DNA of 64,000 nucleotides from NCBI GenBank assembly GCA_965153355.1, contig OZ231126.1, positions 20,026,001 to 20,090,000 of the forward strand. Direction: 5' to 3'. The translations under genes and the position numbers were made by a program. The first letter of the stretch is position 1. Every line of letters begins with the position of its first letter. This document shows positions 1 to 13,859 of the stretch, one piece after another. A model generated the notes under the pieces. The model was not told the DNA's origin. It did not search any database and saw nothing but the letters and a program-made list of their open reading frames with translations. The DNA comes from Flaccisagitta enflata. Lineage: Eukaryota.

Positions 1-322
1 CATATGATGGTATCGGAAAATAGAGTGATGGAAAAACAGGAAAAGCGTTAATGTAGCAACTTCACCAACTCCCTTTTAATTCTCAAACAGAATTTTCTAA
101 AAACGCGAGTGAAATGGAATTGGCTACAGGGCCTAAAGCCTACAGGGCCTACAGCCCACAGGCCTGCAGCGCCAACGAGCGGTTAATAAGAGAAAGTATG
201 AACTCCCGAGAGGCCGATTTTGGGAACAAGTGACCGAAGATATAAGGGCCAATAAACGAAATTAGGAGATCGGAGGAAAAGGATTTCATATAGGAATGGC
301 GGGGAGTTGACAGTAGATGTTG

Positions 323-483
<161 letters not shown>

Positions 484-744
484 AGAGATTGATAGGGGAA
501 GGGGGGAGGCGTAAAGGGAAGGTATTATTTGCGTCTCCGCTGAAACGATTCCCGAAGGCAGCATCATTACAGAGATTAATCCAGTCCATGTTAGAAGAGA
601 TCCAAATTGAACAACTGCCTGACATGGCCATGGTCGGGTGGAGGGAGGAACGGATAAACGATAACGACGAGATAGCAATGACAAATGCTGGTTACTGAAC
701 AGCGACAACATGAAAAAAAATAACAACATCATCAAAACGATAGC

Positions 745-759
745 AACAACAACAAGAGC

Positions 760-853
<94 letters not shown>

Positions 854-854
854 G

Positions 855-946
<92 letters not shown>
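745..946. repeat. (CAA)n microsatellite
   Basis: Near-pure ACA/CAA run; it explains the poly-T/V/C/L ORFs. Confidence 0.97.
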
Positions 947-947
<1 letters not shown>

Positions 948-2201
948 AAAAAACACAACTTCGACGACGAAAGACGTCACCATTTCTGCTTGCTTGGCCG
1001 CATCGCTTATTTCTCGCATCGCTGAAGGACGATGAAAATTTTCTTTTACTGATAGAGGTGTCAATGCAATGCTTCCCTCTTACCGAAACTCCTTCATAAT
1101 TTTGGCATTTGGCAATTTTGAACGAAATCATGAATTCATTCATGGGAATCACGAAAATGATGTCTTCATGATCCGGAAATGCAAAGCCTCATCTTAGAAC
1201 ATCATTCCTCAGTAATGGCTTGTTCTAGGCTTGGAGGGGTGGAGTGCGCGTTTTTACACTTTTCTGGGCAGGGCTGGAAATGCGCGTTTTACACTGTTGG
1301 GCTCGATCGTTAATGACCTACGGACCAACGAACAGTCGGACAGACAAAGTCTCTTTGAGAATCGTGATTCCAAGACTGAATATGAAGTAGGCAGAACTTT
1401 TAGCACAGGCCTAGAGGACCAATTTGAGGCCTGAAGAGTTGATTTGAATCCTGGAGGGCTGATTTGAGATTTTGAGGGCCGATATGAGGTCTGGATTTGA
1501 GCACTCGAGGGCTGAATTGAGGTCTGACATATCGATTGAAGGCTAATGGTTTTCTCCTCTCTCGTTTTCGATTACGGTAATCTGCTATATTTTTCGTCCA
1601 AACTATTTCTAACCCGAAACGCCGAGCATCACTTTTCAATCAGCAATTGATTTATTTTCTCATTTTCGCTCATCCCAATTAATGTAGTAGAAACGAGCTT
1701 TAAAGATATTGCAAGAGCGGTAGACAACATGTTTCGCCAAATCATACCCAGGTTTTTGATTACTCAATCGAGAGCGGCATTATGCAAATTAGCATAATGA
1801 TCAGCATAGCCAATCGTATTCTAACGAGTTGATTAATGAAAGATTAATGCAAGTTAGGACATTTTTCATTGAATTCATTTACTCCACGTAAATTTAATGA
1901 TCACTCTGAACTTCTTTTCAAGCATTATCAGATGACCGGCGCATTTCTTTTAAATAAGTGTTGAACATTTTATTTGAATTCATTAATAGAGCAGTAAAAG
2001 AACGTTAATATGGCCTAGAACGCATTTGAAACGATGGAAATTATGATGCCCTTACGCAAATCAATCTATGCAGTCAAAAATTAAAGATAGTGGCTCGACA
2101 GCACTACATAATATGATCTTGAATTGTGTGAATTTTGTGGTTGTCACTAATGGCTTTACTCTGCATGGTCTGTATCCTTGCTGTCTTCCGAGTGATCCGG
2201 A

Positions 2202-2786
2202 TCTGATGCAAATAAAAAGGAAATAAATTTTTAGCATTAAAGTTAAATGGAGCAATAGAAATGATTAAATCTTTTTTCAAGTATCGTTTTTTTTTCTTCT
2301 GTTTATCACGCACCCCCCTTTTTTCGTAAGCGCCCCTCCCCTTTTTTCATCTCACAAAATCTCAAGAGGCGATATAGATTTTTGATTATTAAGTAGCGTT
2401 TTCATTGCTTTCTTATCACTGATATAGAATGTTTAATAGTTCAATTTCAAAAGAAAGAGTTTGCAATTGTCGGGTTTCCGGGTTTTGATCAAAATCAGCT
2501 TGGATAATGATGCTACCTGATTCGGCGGCGAATTCGTTAGGAAGAATATTCAACCAAAATATTTCCTTACCAGTTTTGTCCCAATGTTTCTTCTTGCGTA
2601 TTCTTTGACGCAGTGGCAAAGCGGTTTCGAAGGGGCTTGTTCGCTTGAAGTTGAAGATGCCTAAATGGAATAGATGAACAGTGCTAAGTTGCATCGTGAT
2701 CATCATCTTCATCATCATCAGTCATCACCATTATCATCGTTACCAGTAATAGCTCAGTGATCATCAGTCATCATCATCATCATCAG

Positions 2787-2843
<57 letters not shown>

Positions 2844-5450
2844 ATCATCATCACAATCATCATTGATTATCATCTTCATCATCATCACCATCACCATCGG
2901 TATCACTCTCACCGTTCAACCCATTTTTAAGATTTTTATGTCACGGACTGGCGATGCAATAAGAGGCTTTGTCCGTCAGTCTGTTTATTCATCAATTTGT
3001 CAATTGGGCTTTTAATCTGTGAGCACGAGTTGAAAAGTGGGAAAACAAGCGTTCTGTGAGTGGATTGGGATTTGACTCATCTGCCCACCTACATAAGGCA
3101 GAACAGCCAATTATTTTATTCAACATCAACTAGTTTGACAAATATTAACCTCATTATGATTTTCTAATTTGATCCAAAAAGATGCAATAACACTTATGTC
3201 CACTGATGCTGTTGCACTTTTTACTTGTCTTAAAATTCTAAAAATCAATTCTCATTAAAATGTTTGCTCCCCTGAATAAAGTGAATGCATTTGATACACA
3301 GTAATCATCCCAGGAATCAGGTCTTTCAATCAAAATGTCCGTGACGATATTGAAATCCCGACTAACATACATGTTTTTTTCAGGCCTGATTATAGTTGCA
3401 TATTCCTCCCCCCCCCATCAAAGAATTTGGAAATGGGGAAGGAAATTGAAGGGTGGAAAAATAAAAAGATGAACAGGTCGCCCAAGGGCAATATGTGGTC
3501 AGCGATACCCGTTACATGATTGCGTATTTGAGCAAGAGGAAGCAGGGCAGCGGTCCCGAAGGGGACGAAGTCCTGTAGAACACATGGGGACTTTCATCCG
3601 TCCACCCGTCTGTCCGCCCCTCCCCTAGGCCCTCTCAGGCCTAAAATCTGCCCTCTCAGGCCTAAAATCTGCCCTCTAAGGCCTGAAATCTACCCTCTCA
3701 GGCCTAAAATCTGCCTTGCCAGTCCTTGAATTTGTGAGGGCAGATTTCAGGCTTGAAAGGGTAGATTTTAGGCCTTAGAGGGCAGATTTTGGGCCTAAGA
3801 GGGCAGATTTTAGGCCTAAGAGGACAGATTTTAGGCCTTAGAGGTCAGATTTCAGGCAAGAGAGTGCAGATTCCAGGCCTGAGAGAGCCTGGGGGGGATG
3901 GATGAATGGACGAACGAACGGACGAACGAAAGTCCCGTGTTCTACAGGACTTTGTCCCCTTCGGGGCCGCTGCCCAAAAATACAGAAGATACACTTTTGG
4001 CAGTAGTACATCACTATTTTATACTATTTCAACCAATATATTACTATATAGAGGGTATATGAGGAAGAAAATCAAATTTAGTACAAGCCCCGCGGGTAAT
4101 AAAATCTAAGTACCAAGAAGGGGGGATGAAGAAATCCAAGGTCGTGCAACTATACACCCCTGATCTTTTAAAATCGCAGACTAGCAACCCACTAAGAAGC
4201 TTCGTCTGTCTGGATGTCTTTCAGTCCATGCGTCCAACACGAGTTGTAAGGTCTGAATTTGCGCATTGTATCTTTCTTTCTTTCTTTGTTTTTACTTTTA
4301 TCTTCCTTCTTTTCTTGTTCTCTTTCCTTCTTTTGGTTTTTCTTTCTACAGCGGGACCTCGGCATAACGGTCTTGATGGGACCAAACATTTTTGTCCATT
4401 AGAGGGGTAATGTTATCAAGAATTTCAACAATCTTTGTTTTATCTTTATGATATGAAAAAAATATTATGTTTTATATGATATAAGTTTATAAGAAATTAA
4501 AACAATTTTTCTCAACATTTTTTGTTAAAAAACATTTTTTTCAAAATATACTTTTTGAAATTTATTATCTTTTCAATATTTTATTTTGTAATCAAATGTA
4601 TCAATTCACCTTTATTGGAGGGGAATTTAATTAAAGGGCCCCAAAAGTTTGACCTATAAAGGTGAGTCATTGTTAAAGCAAAGGCTATTAATAAGGGGTA
4701 TTATAGCATTATAAAAGCCTGATTAATTTCTGGACTTGGATATCTTGTCCTCTAAAGGCGGGTACCTTTAAAGGCGTTGTTATGGAGGCGGGATTCCACT
4801 GTATGTTATCTATCTTTATCTTTCTTTTTTTTCCATTCAGTCATTCCTTATTTTTAATGCGCTTGAATTTTGAGACTGAGAATTTCGATTTGGTCGAATT
4901 TTTGTCACAGAATGTGTTCCGACTGTGCGCAATTACAGATATTTTCTTTTTAGTTGCGGACACGCAACTCTATAAGAGGCTTTGTCTGTCTCTCCATCTG
5001 TTAGTCCATCCATCCATCCGTGGTGATTGAGTCAAAGAGTGGAAAAACGAGCGTTTCAAGCACTTTTTGTGAATGTTTGTGTGGGGTTAGAAGATAGGGG
5101 TGTGGATGGGGGTTGGACACCCCTGCCCACCCGTCCGCAACGATATTGTGACCCCGCGCCACTTGTTCTAAGATGAGAGGGCATTATCTTTAGCCCATCA
5201 CCCAAATCTGAGCAGCTACCGGACCAAATGTCACCATACGCGAAACACGAGTATGTAATTGTCGTCCAGATCAGGCCACTCTCTAAGAACATTTTCCTAA
5301 TATTATCATCTTGAATTTTTACCCTGCTCACGTGATTGTATTGACGCGTCTAATCCTTTTTTCATCCAAAATTCTCCTGATGTATCAATTGAGAGAAAAC
5401 GCACTTTTTATTTCACGCGTTCGTGGGACAATACGAGGGCCCTCCAAACC
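2202..5450 (-). CDS. Candidate 3' exons of an unidentified minus-strand gene
   Basis: AG/GT-bounded segments 5450-5417, 5296-5235 and 2660-2571, plus an acceptor before 2202, splice in compatible phase to VWRALVLSHERENVLREWPDLDDNYILVFRVWHLQLQANKPLRNRFATASKNTQEETLGQN*. The 2660-2571 segment has good sites (ccatttag / gtaagg); the acceptor at 5297 is weak. No family recognised and no 5' exons found. Confidence 0.25.
2696..2900. repeat. (CAT)n microsatellite, degenerate
   Basis: ATC/CAT trinucleotide run with interruptions. Confidence 0.9.
3092..3338 (+). mobile_element. ~250 bp interspersed repeat, second copy at 22506-22756
   Basis: cataaggcaga(a/t)cagccaattattttattcaacatc...tct(t)t(c/t)aatc(a/g)aaatg occurs twice; each copy interrupts another repeat. 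Confidence 0.8.
3472..3980 (-). mobile_element. Helentron/DINE-like short element, family 1
   Basis: Internal inverted pair gggcagcggtcccgaaggggacgaagtcctgtagaacac / gtgttctacaggactttgtccccttcggggccgctgccc, internal ~21-bp tandem units and (GGAC)n-type microsatellite; ends in an A/T run. Classification is inferred from architecture only. Confidence 0.65.
4349..4801. mobile_element. Tc1/mariner/pogo-type MITE
   Basis: ta|cagcgggacctcg ... cgggattccactg|ta: imperfect TIRs flanked by TA. Confidence 0.55.
4948..5167 (+). mobile_element. Helentron/DINE-like short element, family 2 (TTTTAG-hairpin...CTTGTT)
   Basis: ttttagttgcggacacgcaactctataag + (CCAT/CTGT)n + ...cacttgtt. Related copies at about 7947-8094(-), 11518-11641, 12262-12475(-), 16333-16616(-), 16776-16928, 34569-34800(-), 35786-35952, 36190-36392, 56636-56810(-) and 59082-59280. 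Confidence 0.7.
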
Positions 5451-5504
5451 CTGATACATTGAGATGAAAACAAGAATAGGAAATTCGGTGTAAGAAAAAC
5501 ATTC

Positions 5505-5724
<220 letters not shown>

Positions 5725-8700
5725 ATTGCTGCTTATTCCTCCACGACATCATCATGGGCGTTGAAGATGAAGACTGTGGCAACGTTGTCCTCAGAACTGA
5801 GGCAGGAGGAAGTGTCGGCGTTGCCCGCTGCAACAAAGACGATGAAAGTTGCAGCTTATCATTTAGAGTCGAGGATGGCGAAAATGGCGAGGACATCCGC
5901 AAAATCGAGGAATGAGGAGGTAGTGTGTCCCGAAGAATGGTAGGAATCGGTGCTGTTGTCAACAGCATTGCGGCGGCGATGGTGTCTCTGGCAGCGAGGT
6001 TGGCGGGTGCAGCGACGTCATATACAACCTAGATGATGGAAGAGGCAACTTTCTAGTTTCTTGCTAAGCAAAAATTGAAGGTTGATACGTCCGAAAGTGA
6101 CGGGAAATTTTGGATGAATTGATCAAAGTACACTCTTTTTTTTTTTTTTGAGTAAGGACAAAGTTTATAAGGACATGAGGCTGAAACATTGCTAAAATTT
6201 AAGCACATTTTAAAGACAAGCCCCAACCTCAGATTTAAAGAAAACTTTGTTTCATATTCCAGATTTCAATCATTTTTATAAAAATTGCCATAAAAATGTA
6301 TCTTCCAAATAAGAGATAGTAATATTTTTTTTTTATATGTTGAATTTGTTTATTTTGTGAATAGATATTAATTAATCAGTGTATTTAAGGGTCGCAAATC
6401 AAGTTTACTTTCTTTTTTTTTACCATTCATATTCATTCAAGAATTAGAACTACAAAAAATATTAACGATATGTTAAAATCATTTCTGCTTAAAATCTTGA
6501 GAAATTTAAAAATGTCCCAGCCTCAAAAAAATTTCACTGGTTTTTATAAACTGAAAAGAATGTAGCGTTTTCTGATCATTACAGCCCCTGTCCAGTATCA
6601 ACACAGCCCCCGGCAAAGGCCCCCACCCACCCCATTGCTGACCCTAACCGGCGTTACCGTCCCTGCCAACTCAAATTACTACCCCTGCTCTCACGCAAGC
6701 TAATACTTATTAGTCCGGCCTTGTTCTTGGCGGCGTCTTCGTGGGCTCAGAGGCGGGACGAAGCGAATGTGCGTATTTTTGCATTGACGACGACTGAAGC
6801 GATGATGTTGTCCTCTTCTCATTATCTCAGTATTTGTCTTTAAAGAACGGGGAAGTAGCGATACCATACTATTCCAAAGAAATTTGTAAGATACTTCATA
6901 ACAACCGATACTTTAAGACAAATTTGACGCAGACTGACGGACTCATGGAGGCGTTTCTACATTTAAAAGTTCTACATACACACCCTCCATGTGTGATTTT
7001 AATGCGTGGCCTATTCGCGTATTCGTGAGCGCTTAAAATGTTGCGTGTAGACAACAAAAATTAATAAAAGATTTTCGGCATGAAAAAATACTCCGTTTCA
7101 ACATCATGGCGTTTGGCAGTTAAAGAATTACCTATCGTTTTCTGCTTGGATCCATAAAGAGCTTATAAATGTCGTTATGCCCAGCGATGCCCTTGCATTT
7201 TTCAAGCTTTCCAAATGACTCCACGAAAAAATGAATATTTTTCACCACAGAAATTTACCGCTCGGCGGCTTACCCTTTCCATTCTAACATCAGTACACAG
7301 CTAAAGAAGGGTCGGAAGGAATGCGGCTTCTTGAGCGATATGAAAGGGCTACTTTGAGGGCTCAGAGGGCTAAAATCAGGCCTGAGACTGCAGACTTGAG
7401 GCTCCGATGGTCAAGGGGGAGGGACGGAAGGACGGACGGACGGATGGTAGGAGAGACATATCGAAATTCCCCCTATGTCCTACAGGACATCAGCCCTTTG
7501 GGCTTGGGGCCGCTGCCCAAAAAGTAAGTGAGAGAAAGAGAAAGACTAGCGCTTAAAAGCTCTTTTACTCACTGACAAAAGAGCAAAAAAAAAAAAAACC
7601 TTAAAAACTGAATCAACCGAGCGTGTCCGACGCCTTTTGTTTTGACGTCGCTACGTTTTTCGAATTATTCGCCTTTTCGCTCCTCTGGCGGACGAAAATT
7701 GAAACTCTCGATGCTCCTTTGTTTTTTCTACCGCGTTTCTGTCTCTCTCGGCGCTTCAAGTCCCAAAGGCGCCGCCCATGTTTATGGAATGACGGAAGAA
7801 AAAAGGGCGTCACTCAACCGATGAACGGTCGGAAAGGCATTCGCGAGGTTAGCTACATCGGTTAACTTGATGGCGGTGGCGCAAAAGTCAATGAGGATGG
7901 GGAGGGTTGAATAGGAGGTCGGGGGTGACAGGTAGGAAGGGATGTTAACAAGGCCGGATACACGGCAATCCAGTCGCGGACGGTTGGGCAGGAGCAGTAA
8001 TGCAAAAACCGCTTGGAATTCAAAAATGTGACCTACCGACCGACCAACCGACCGACCGACACGGCAAGATGTAGAGTCGCGTATCCGCGACTAATAACAA
8101 TTCGCATGTGGGTGGGCCGAGCAGTCGCTAGGGCATTTGGGAAGCACCCTGATTTTGTTCTTTATATGTTGGGAATTACAATGCTCTACGATCATTTCTT
8201 GCCTTTTCTCCAGAATTTTCGTTTATGGCCTAATGAACGGGCATATCGCTTGTTTCTTCACTGAATTTTTAGGGCTGGATTGATTTTTATGCTAAAACGT
8301 CATTCTTTTCTATGGCACAGCCAGTCCTTCCTTTGGTGGTGATCGATTATGTTACGTCAGTCCCTTTGTCACTCATTTGCAAACGTAGAAGTGCATTTTT
8401 AGGTGCCCCTACGTAACTCTCTAACCCCTCATACATGTCCATTGGTTGTTCGGTCAGTCAGTCAGTAGGGAGTAGGTTGGTCATTCATTCATTCATTCAT
8501 TCATTCATTCATTCATTCATTCATTCATTCATTCTTTCATTCTTTCATTCTTTCATTCATGAATGACATTCATTCATAGAATCGTTTATTCATGAGAAAC
8601 GTTCATGAAATGAAAAAAATGGATATCAAGAAAAAAAGATTTACTTTTCCCTCAACATTAGGTTTACTCAAACATCGATAAGCAGAAGGTGTAACATAGG

Positions 8701-9368
8701 ATTTTTCATAAACGCAAATTCCGCTTCCAAACGGAAAATCGATTGTAATTCGCACTCGATTCAGGGTGGAAGGGGCTATGGGACCAAAAATGCTTAATAA
8801 CATGGGACGGACGGACAGACAGAACGACAATGTGGAATGTAGAGTTGCGCTCGAGCCACAGCAGCGTCACGTAGATTGTGCTTCACAATATAGCGGAGTC
8901 GCATTGCACACAGAAAATGGTGACATATGGTCCCCGGCTGCGTAGCGCAAGGTCAATAGATCAGCGGCGACTGTTTCTTCAGAGCAGTATCATATGGGAC
9001 GCGGGTTAATGAAGAGGAGCTCATTGCCCAATCTGTGTCGCATGTCGATAGGGATCTGTTTATGGGTCTGTTTTATGGATCAGTTTATCGTTACAAGAGA
9101 CGCTTTATCTGCACACCCTTCTACACGGCAGCGTCACCTGGCCTGGCCTACGATCCTCGTCTCTTACGAACAACGTTACCTACCTGGCCTGGGTTGCGGG
9201 TCATGGGAGAGAGTTATATCCGACTCGCGCATCATGTCACGTCACGGTCCGTCAGGGATTGTCAAGGATCATCGTTGACGTCGCTTTACTTCGTCAACCG
9301 AGACGCCGCCTCCACAAAGATGATGACACCTTTTCTAATATTCCATGTTTTTTAACTCGTCTTTAGTG

Positions 9369-10897
9369 TTTTTGGGCAGCGGCCCCGAAGGGAGCGAAGT
9401 CCTGTAGATCACATGGGGAATCTGTCCGTCCCTCCGTTTGTCTGTACGACCGTCCTACCATGGCTAAAAACCACCCCCGACACAGACTGGAGACCAACCA
9501 ACCCCTTAACCAACCTAAACCACCATTACTGTGGCTAAAAACCACCCCCGACACAGACTGGAGACCAACCAACCCCTTAACCAACCTAAACCACTGTTAC
9601 TGTGGCTAAAAACCACCCCAGACGCAGACCAACCAACCCCTTAACCAACCTAAACCACCATCGCCGTGGCTAATTAGTCATCCAAGGATTGCACATGGTC
9701 AGCGGTACCCAATGCCCTGCTGGGAGTGATTCAGTGATGAAGTGGAGTGAGAGCAGGGCAGTGGTTCTAAAGGACCCATGTCCTGTAGAACACAGGGGGG
9801 AATTTCCAGACGTCCTGAGGGGGCATAATTCAGACCTTAGATGACTAATTTAGGCCACTGAAGGCATATTTGAAGGCTGGAGGGCAGAATTAAGGCTTGG
9901 AGAGCAGATTCAAGGTTTTGATGGCAAGTTTGAGCCATGGAGGGCTGGTTTGATGCTTCAGAGGCGATTTGAAGGTCTGGAGGGCAGATTTGAGGTCTGG
10001 AGGTCAGATTTGAGGCTGAGGGGGCTGATTATAAGCCTGGAAGGTTGATTTGAGGCCTGAAAGGCTAAATTGAGGGCTGGGAGGGCAAATTTGAGGTCTT
10101 AATGGCCAAGGGGGGGGGACAGACGGACAGAAGGGAGGACGGATGGACGGACGGATGTCTGGAAATTCCCCCTTGTGTTTTACAGGACATCGGCCCTTTG
10201 GGGCCACTGCCCAAAAACCACCCCCAGCGCAGACTGGAGACCAACCAACCCCTTAACCAACCTAAACCACTATCACCGTGGCTTAAAATTACCCCGACGC
10301 AGACCGGAGACCAATCAACCCCTTAACCAACCTTAACCATCCCCGCCCCATCCTCAGGGCTTTGTGTCCTTTGGGGCCTATTCTGACCTAATTTCAGCCA
10401 AATAGCCCAAATCCAAGCATTATGGCCAATATCTATACAAATTGGCCCAAATTCAAGCATAATGACCCAGATCCAAGCAAAAGGGCCCAAATCTGGTCAT
10501 AATATAGGTATTGGAGGCCTCAGAGACTCAAATTCCAGCCTCTTAGACCAAGAAATTGGTCTCTGAGACCAAATTCTGGCCTTAGAGACCCTGATCTTGG
10601 CCTGCTCCCCCTCAACTCAACCTACAAACTACCTAAGAAGGGCACGGGTACTGTTGTTCATATACTGCCTTTTGTCATTTCTCCATGTAATTCAATGAGA
10701 GTTTGAATATCAGGGCATCTTGGACAGATCGAAGGCACACAGGACAGACAGATGGATGGACGGACAGATTCCCCCTGTGTTCTACCAAACTTTGTCCCCT
10801 TTGGGACCGCTGCCCTGCTCCCCCTCAACCTAAATCACACACTACTCAAGCAGGGCACGGGTACCGCTGACCACTTACTGCCTTGGGCTGCTATTTT
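9369..10897. mobile_element. Nested family-1 Helentron/DINE-like elements with a 71-bp tandem array
   Basis: The outer copy (ttttgggcagcggccccgaag at ~9369 ... gggcacgggtaccgctgacc at ~10870) contains a 71-bp array with units starting 9461, 9532 and 9603 and resuming at ~10218. An opposite-orientation copy (~9672-10217) interrupts the array at its A-run. Confidence 0.7.
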
Positions 10898-13314
10898 CTT
10901 TCTTCTTCTTCACGATTGAGTTTTTTCCTCTCATTGGGTCTGACGGAAGGCCCTCTTTCATATGAAATGTGAAACAAAAAGTTAGAATATAGTCACAAAA
11001 TAATTGTCAACTGAAAAAGCAAAAGAACTCTATTTCTGTACAATATATGCTTCCACTCATTCACCTACAAATCCAATCTTAGTCTGCATACAAATCCAAT
11101 CTTAGACTGCGTATAGTTGAGAGAAATTGCACCACCTATCACATGATATATTTTATTCGTCGTAAGCGACAGATCGTGCGGACAACATCATATCACTGCC
11201 TGGAAAATCATGTCAAATAGTCCCTACTAGCCAAAGCCTGAAATCGCCTGGGGATGGACGGGATTAGCGAGGCAGAAATCATTTTGGTCATTGGGCAAGA
11301 GCCAGAAAAGCTCGAAATGCAGTGTTACTGAACGACGGACGAACGACACGGACATAACGACATGATGGGATATACAATCGCTTGCACGCGATTCGAAAGC
11401 GCTCTGGATGGATGTATGATTTTAAAAGAAGAGAGACTTCAAATAGCCAACATACTTGACTGGGGTAACTGTTCAACAAACTGGGCTAGCTGTTTAATTG
11501 TCACATCGTTTTGCTCTTTTTAGGTGCGACAAAGCACCTCTATAACTGGCTGTGTCCGTCGGTCGGTCTGTCTGTCTGTTGGGTAACGCATTCGTTCGAC
11601 GATCCACACGTCGCACCTTATTGGCCTACTTGGCCTTGTTTTGTTGTCATCGGATCACTGTTTTGAATACCTTTCCACTTATGCTTTACTTTCTAAATTC
11701 ATCACTGCTGATGCACCGCTACACACTTGTTCCTTGGTTCCTCTGTCTGTACTTTGCCTCATCTATTCTCTTCAAGAAGGAGTATTTTTCCGCGTATTTA
11801 GAAAGGTTAAAGTGTGGCCTCTGTTAACTCAGAAGCGCGTCGAGTAAAAGACTTCACTAAATTAATTAATTATCTTCGCTAACCCCATGATTTATGGAAT
11901 ATCTTAACTTTTCAACGAAGGAAATAGGCCTGACATAGACGCTCGGAAGCGCTATCTTAAAACGGGTGCTTAATAATGATTGACAAATTCATTGGGTGCA
12001 GTGACTGCATGAATGATGAAATAAATAAACAGGTGAATGAATGAATGAATGAATGAATGAATGAATGAATGAATTTGGGTGCAGTGACTGCATGAATGAT
12101 GAAATAAATGAACAGGTGAATGGATGAATGAATGAATGAGTGAATGTGTGGATGAATGAATGCTTAATGACCTACCGACCGACGATCCAAACGAACGACT
12201 GACATGATGGGTCAACAAGAAGTAAGCATTGCCATCCATGTCATACTTAACAATAAACAGTTAACAAGGCCGGATACGCGGCTACCCAAGTCGTGTGCTG
12301 TTGGGCAGGGGCAGTGATAAAATAGACCAGCAAAACAGTTGGGCAGGAGCAGTAACCCCATAACCGCCCGTAAACGCCAAAAAAGCTAAGCGTTATGGTA
12401 GGACCGAAGGAACGACCGACGGACCGACCGACGGATAGAGCGGGTTGTAGAGTCGCGGTCACGCGACTAAAAAAAGGTCATGAAAGATGTGTGCCGAATT
12501 ATTTTCCACTTACATTTTAATTCAGCTGTCCCCCCAATTCGATTTTCAAGCCACCTTTGTCGTTTATGTACATGGACGACAATGGCGATAATCTCTATGA
12601 CGCTAAATTTCCTAGGCGACGACGACGACGACGACGACGACGACAACGACGACGTATATGACGATAGCGACGTCAAGACGACGTTTTTTTGTGAGCAACA
12701 GGGCTACACGGCTACTCATGTTGTGTGCGGGAGGGCAGGAATAGTGCAGTGATAAAAGAAACAGGAGCATTTGAGCAGGAGCATTGGCGTAGAAACCGCC
12801 CGATAATGCCCAAAAAGCTTCCTGAAACTGACTGGTAGACCAACCGACCGACTGACCAACCTACCAACCGACCAAACAGCGGGTCAGAGAGTCGCTTAGT
12901 ACGCGGCATAAAACGTCTTTTGTATCTTTTTTTAATTGAGTTTTATTTTCTAGGACAGAATGCCATTCAGTCATTGAGTTCACATACGACGTATATCAAT
13001 TAGAAGTATCAACCTTCTTTTTCTTGGACTAAAACAGAAACTTTTCGTAGGAGTGAGCTCTTGGCTTTTCAACTTCTTTTGCTGAAAACTACGTACGGTT
13101 TGCTATTACGTAATCTTTTATTTGTACAAATTATTTCCTATGCAAAACGTTTTTCACCTAATTTTAATTTGCAAATCGCTCGATTGCGCATTAATTATAT
13201 TAGGCCTAGAAACTTTCAAGAGGCAAAAGAAAAAAAGAGGATCAGAAAGAGAACAAAACTCAACGAAAACGTCCCTTCTTGTCTCTGTGGAGCTCAAATA
13301 AATGATTTTATAAG

Positions 13315-13338
13315 ATGTCAAAAATGGCAAATATTGAG
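13315..13338 (+). CDS. PNP: Purine nucleoside phosphorylase-like, coding exon 1 of 6
   Basis: ATG TCA AAA ATG GCA AAT ATT GAG|gtgaga (MSKMANIE): strong phase-0 donor compatible with the exon at 13720. Inferred from splice signals only. Confidence 0.6.
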
Positions 13339-13719
13339 GTGAGAGTTGTATTGAAAAGAAAAAAAGTCACCCAAATTGTTTATTAGGTGGGGTCAAACAG
13401 CCACCAAATCTCGTTTTAAACTCATTTGAATAACGATCGTGATGAAATAAAAACGGACGAATGTATGAACGGAAGAATGGATGAACGGACAAATGGGTGA
13501 ACGGACAAATGGGTAGACGGACGAATGGGTTAACGAACAAATGGGTGGACGGCCGAATGGATGGACGGACGAATGGATGAACGGACAAACGGATGGACGG
13601 ACTAATGGATGGATAGACGAACGAACAGACAGCCGACGGAACTCTTCGCTCACAACCCTTAATCTAAACGAGACATTGACATTGTTCACCCAACGATCTT
13701 TCAATTCTTTCTTTTAAAG

Positions 13720-13859
13720 GAGGAGAAGTACAATTATGAGGAGGCGATGGAAACTGCCGATTGGATTTCCAAGCAGATCGGCGAAGTTCGTCCAGTCATA
13801 GGACTCATTTGCGGTCTCGCTTTTAACGGAATCGTCGAAATTATGGAAGAAACTATCAG
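13720..13859 (+). CDS. PNP: Purine nucleoside phosphorylase-like, exon 2 of 6
   Basis: ttcttttaaag|GAG...; EEKYNYEEAMETADWISKQIGEVRPVIGLICGLAFNGIVEIMEETI matches the PNP N-terminus (human [33 protein letters not shown]). Ends cag|gttagc in phase 2. Confidence 0.9.

Noticed and set aside
8994-9355. Overlapping 94- and 106-aa ORFs in GC-richer unique sequence
   Set aside because: No recognisable domain or linked exons; could be promoter or UTR sequence but this cannot be supported.
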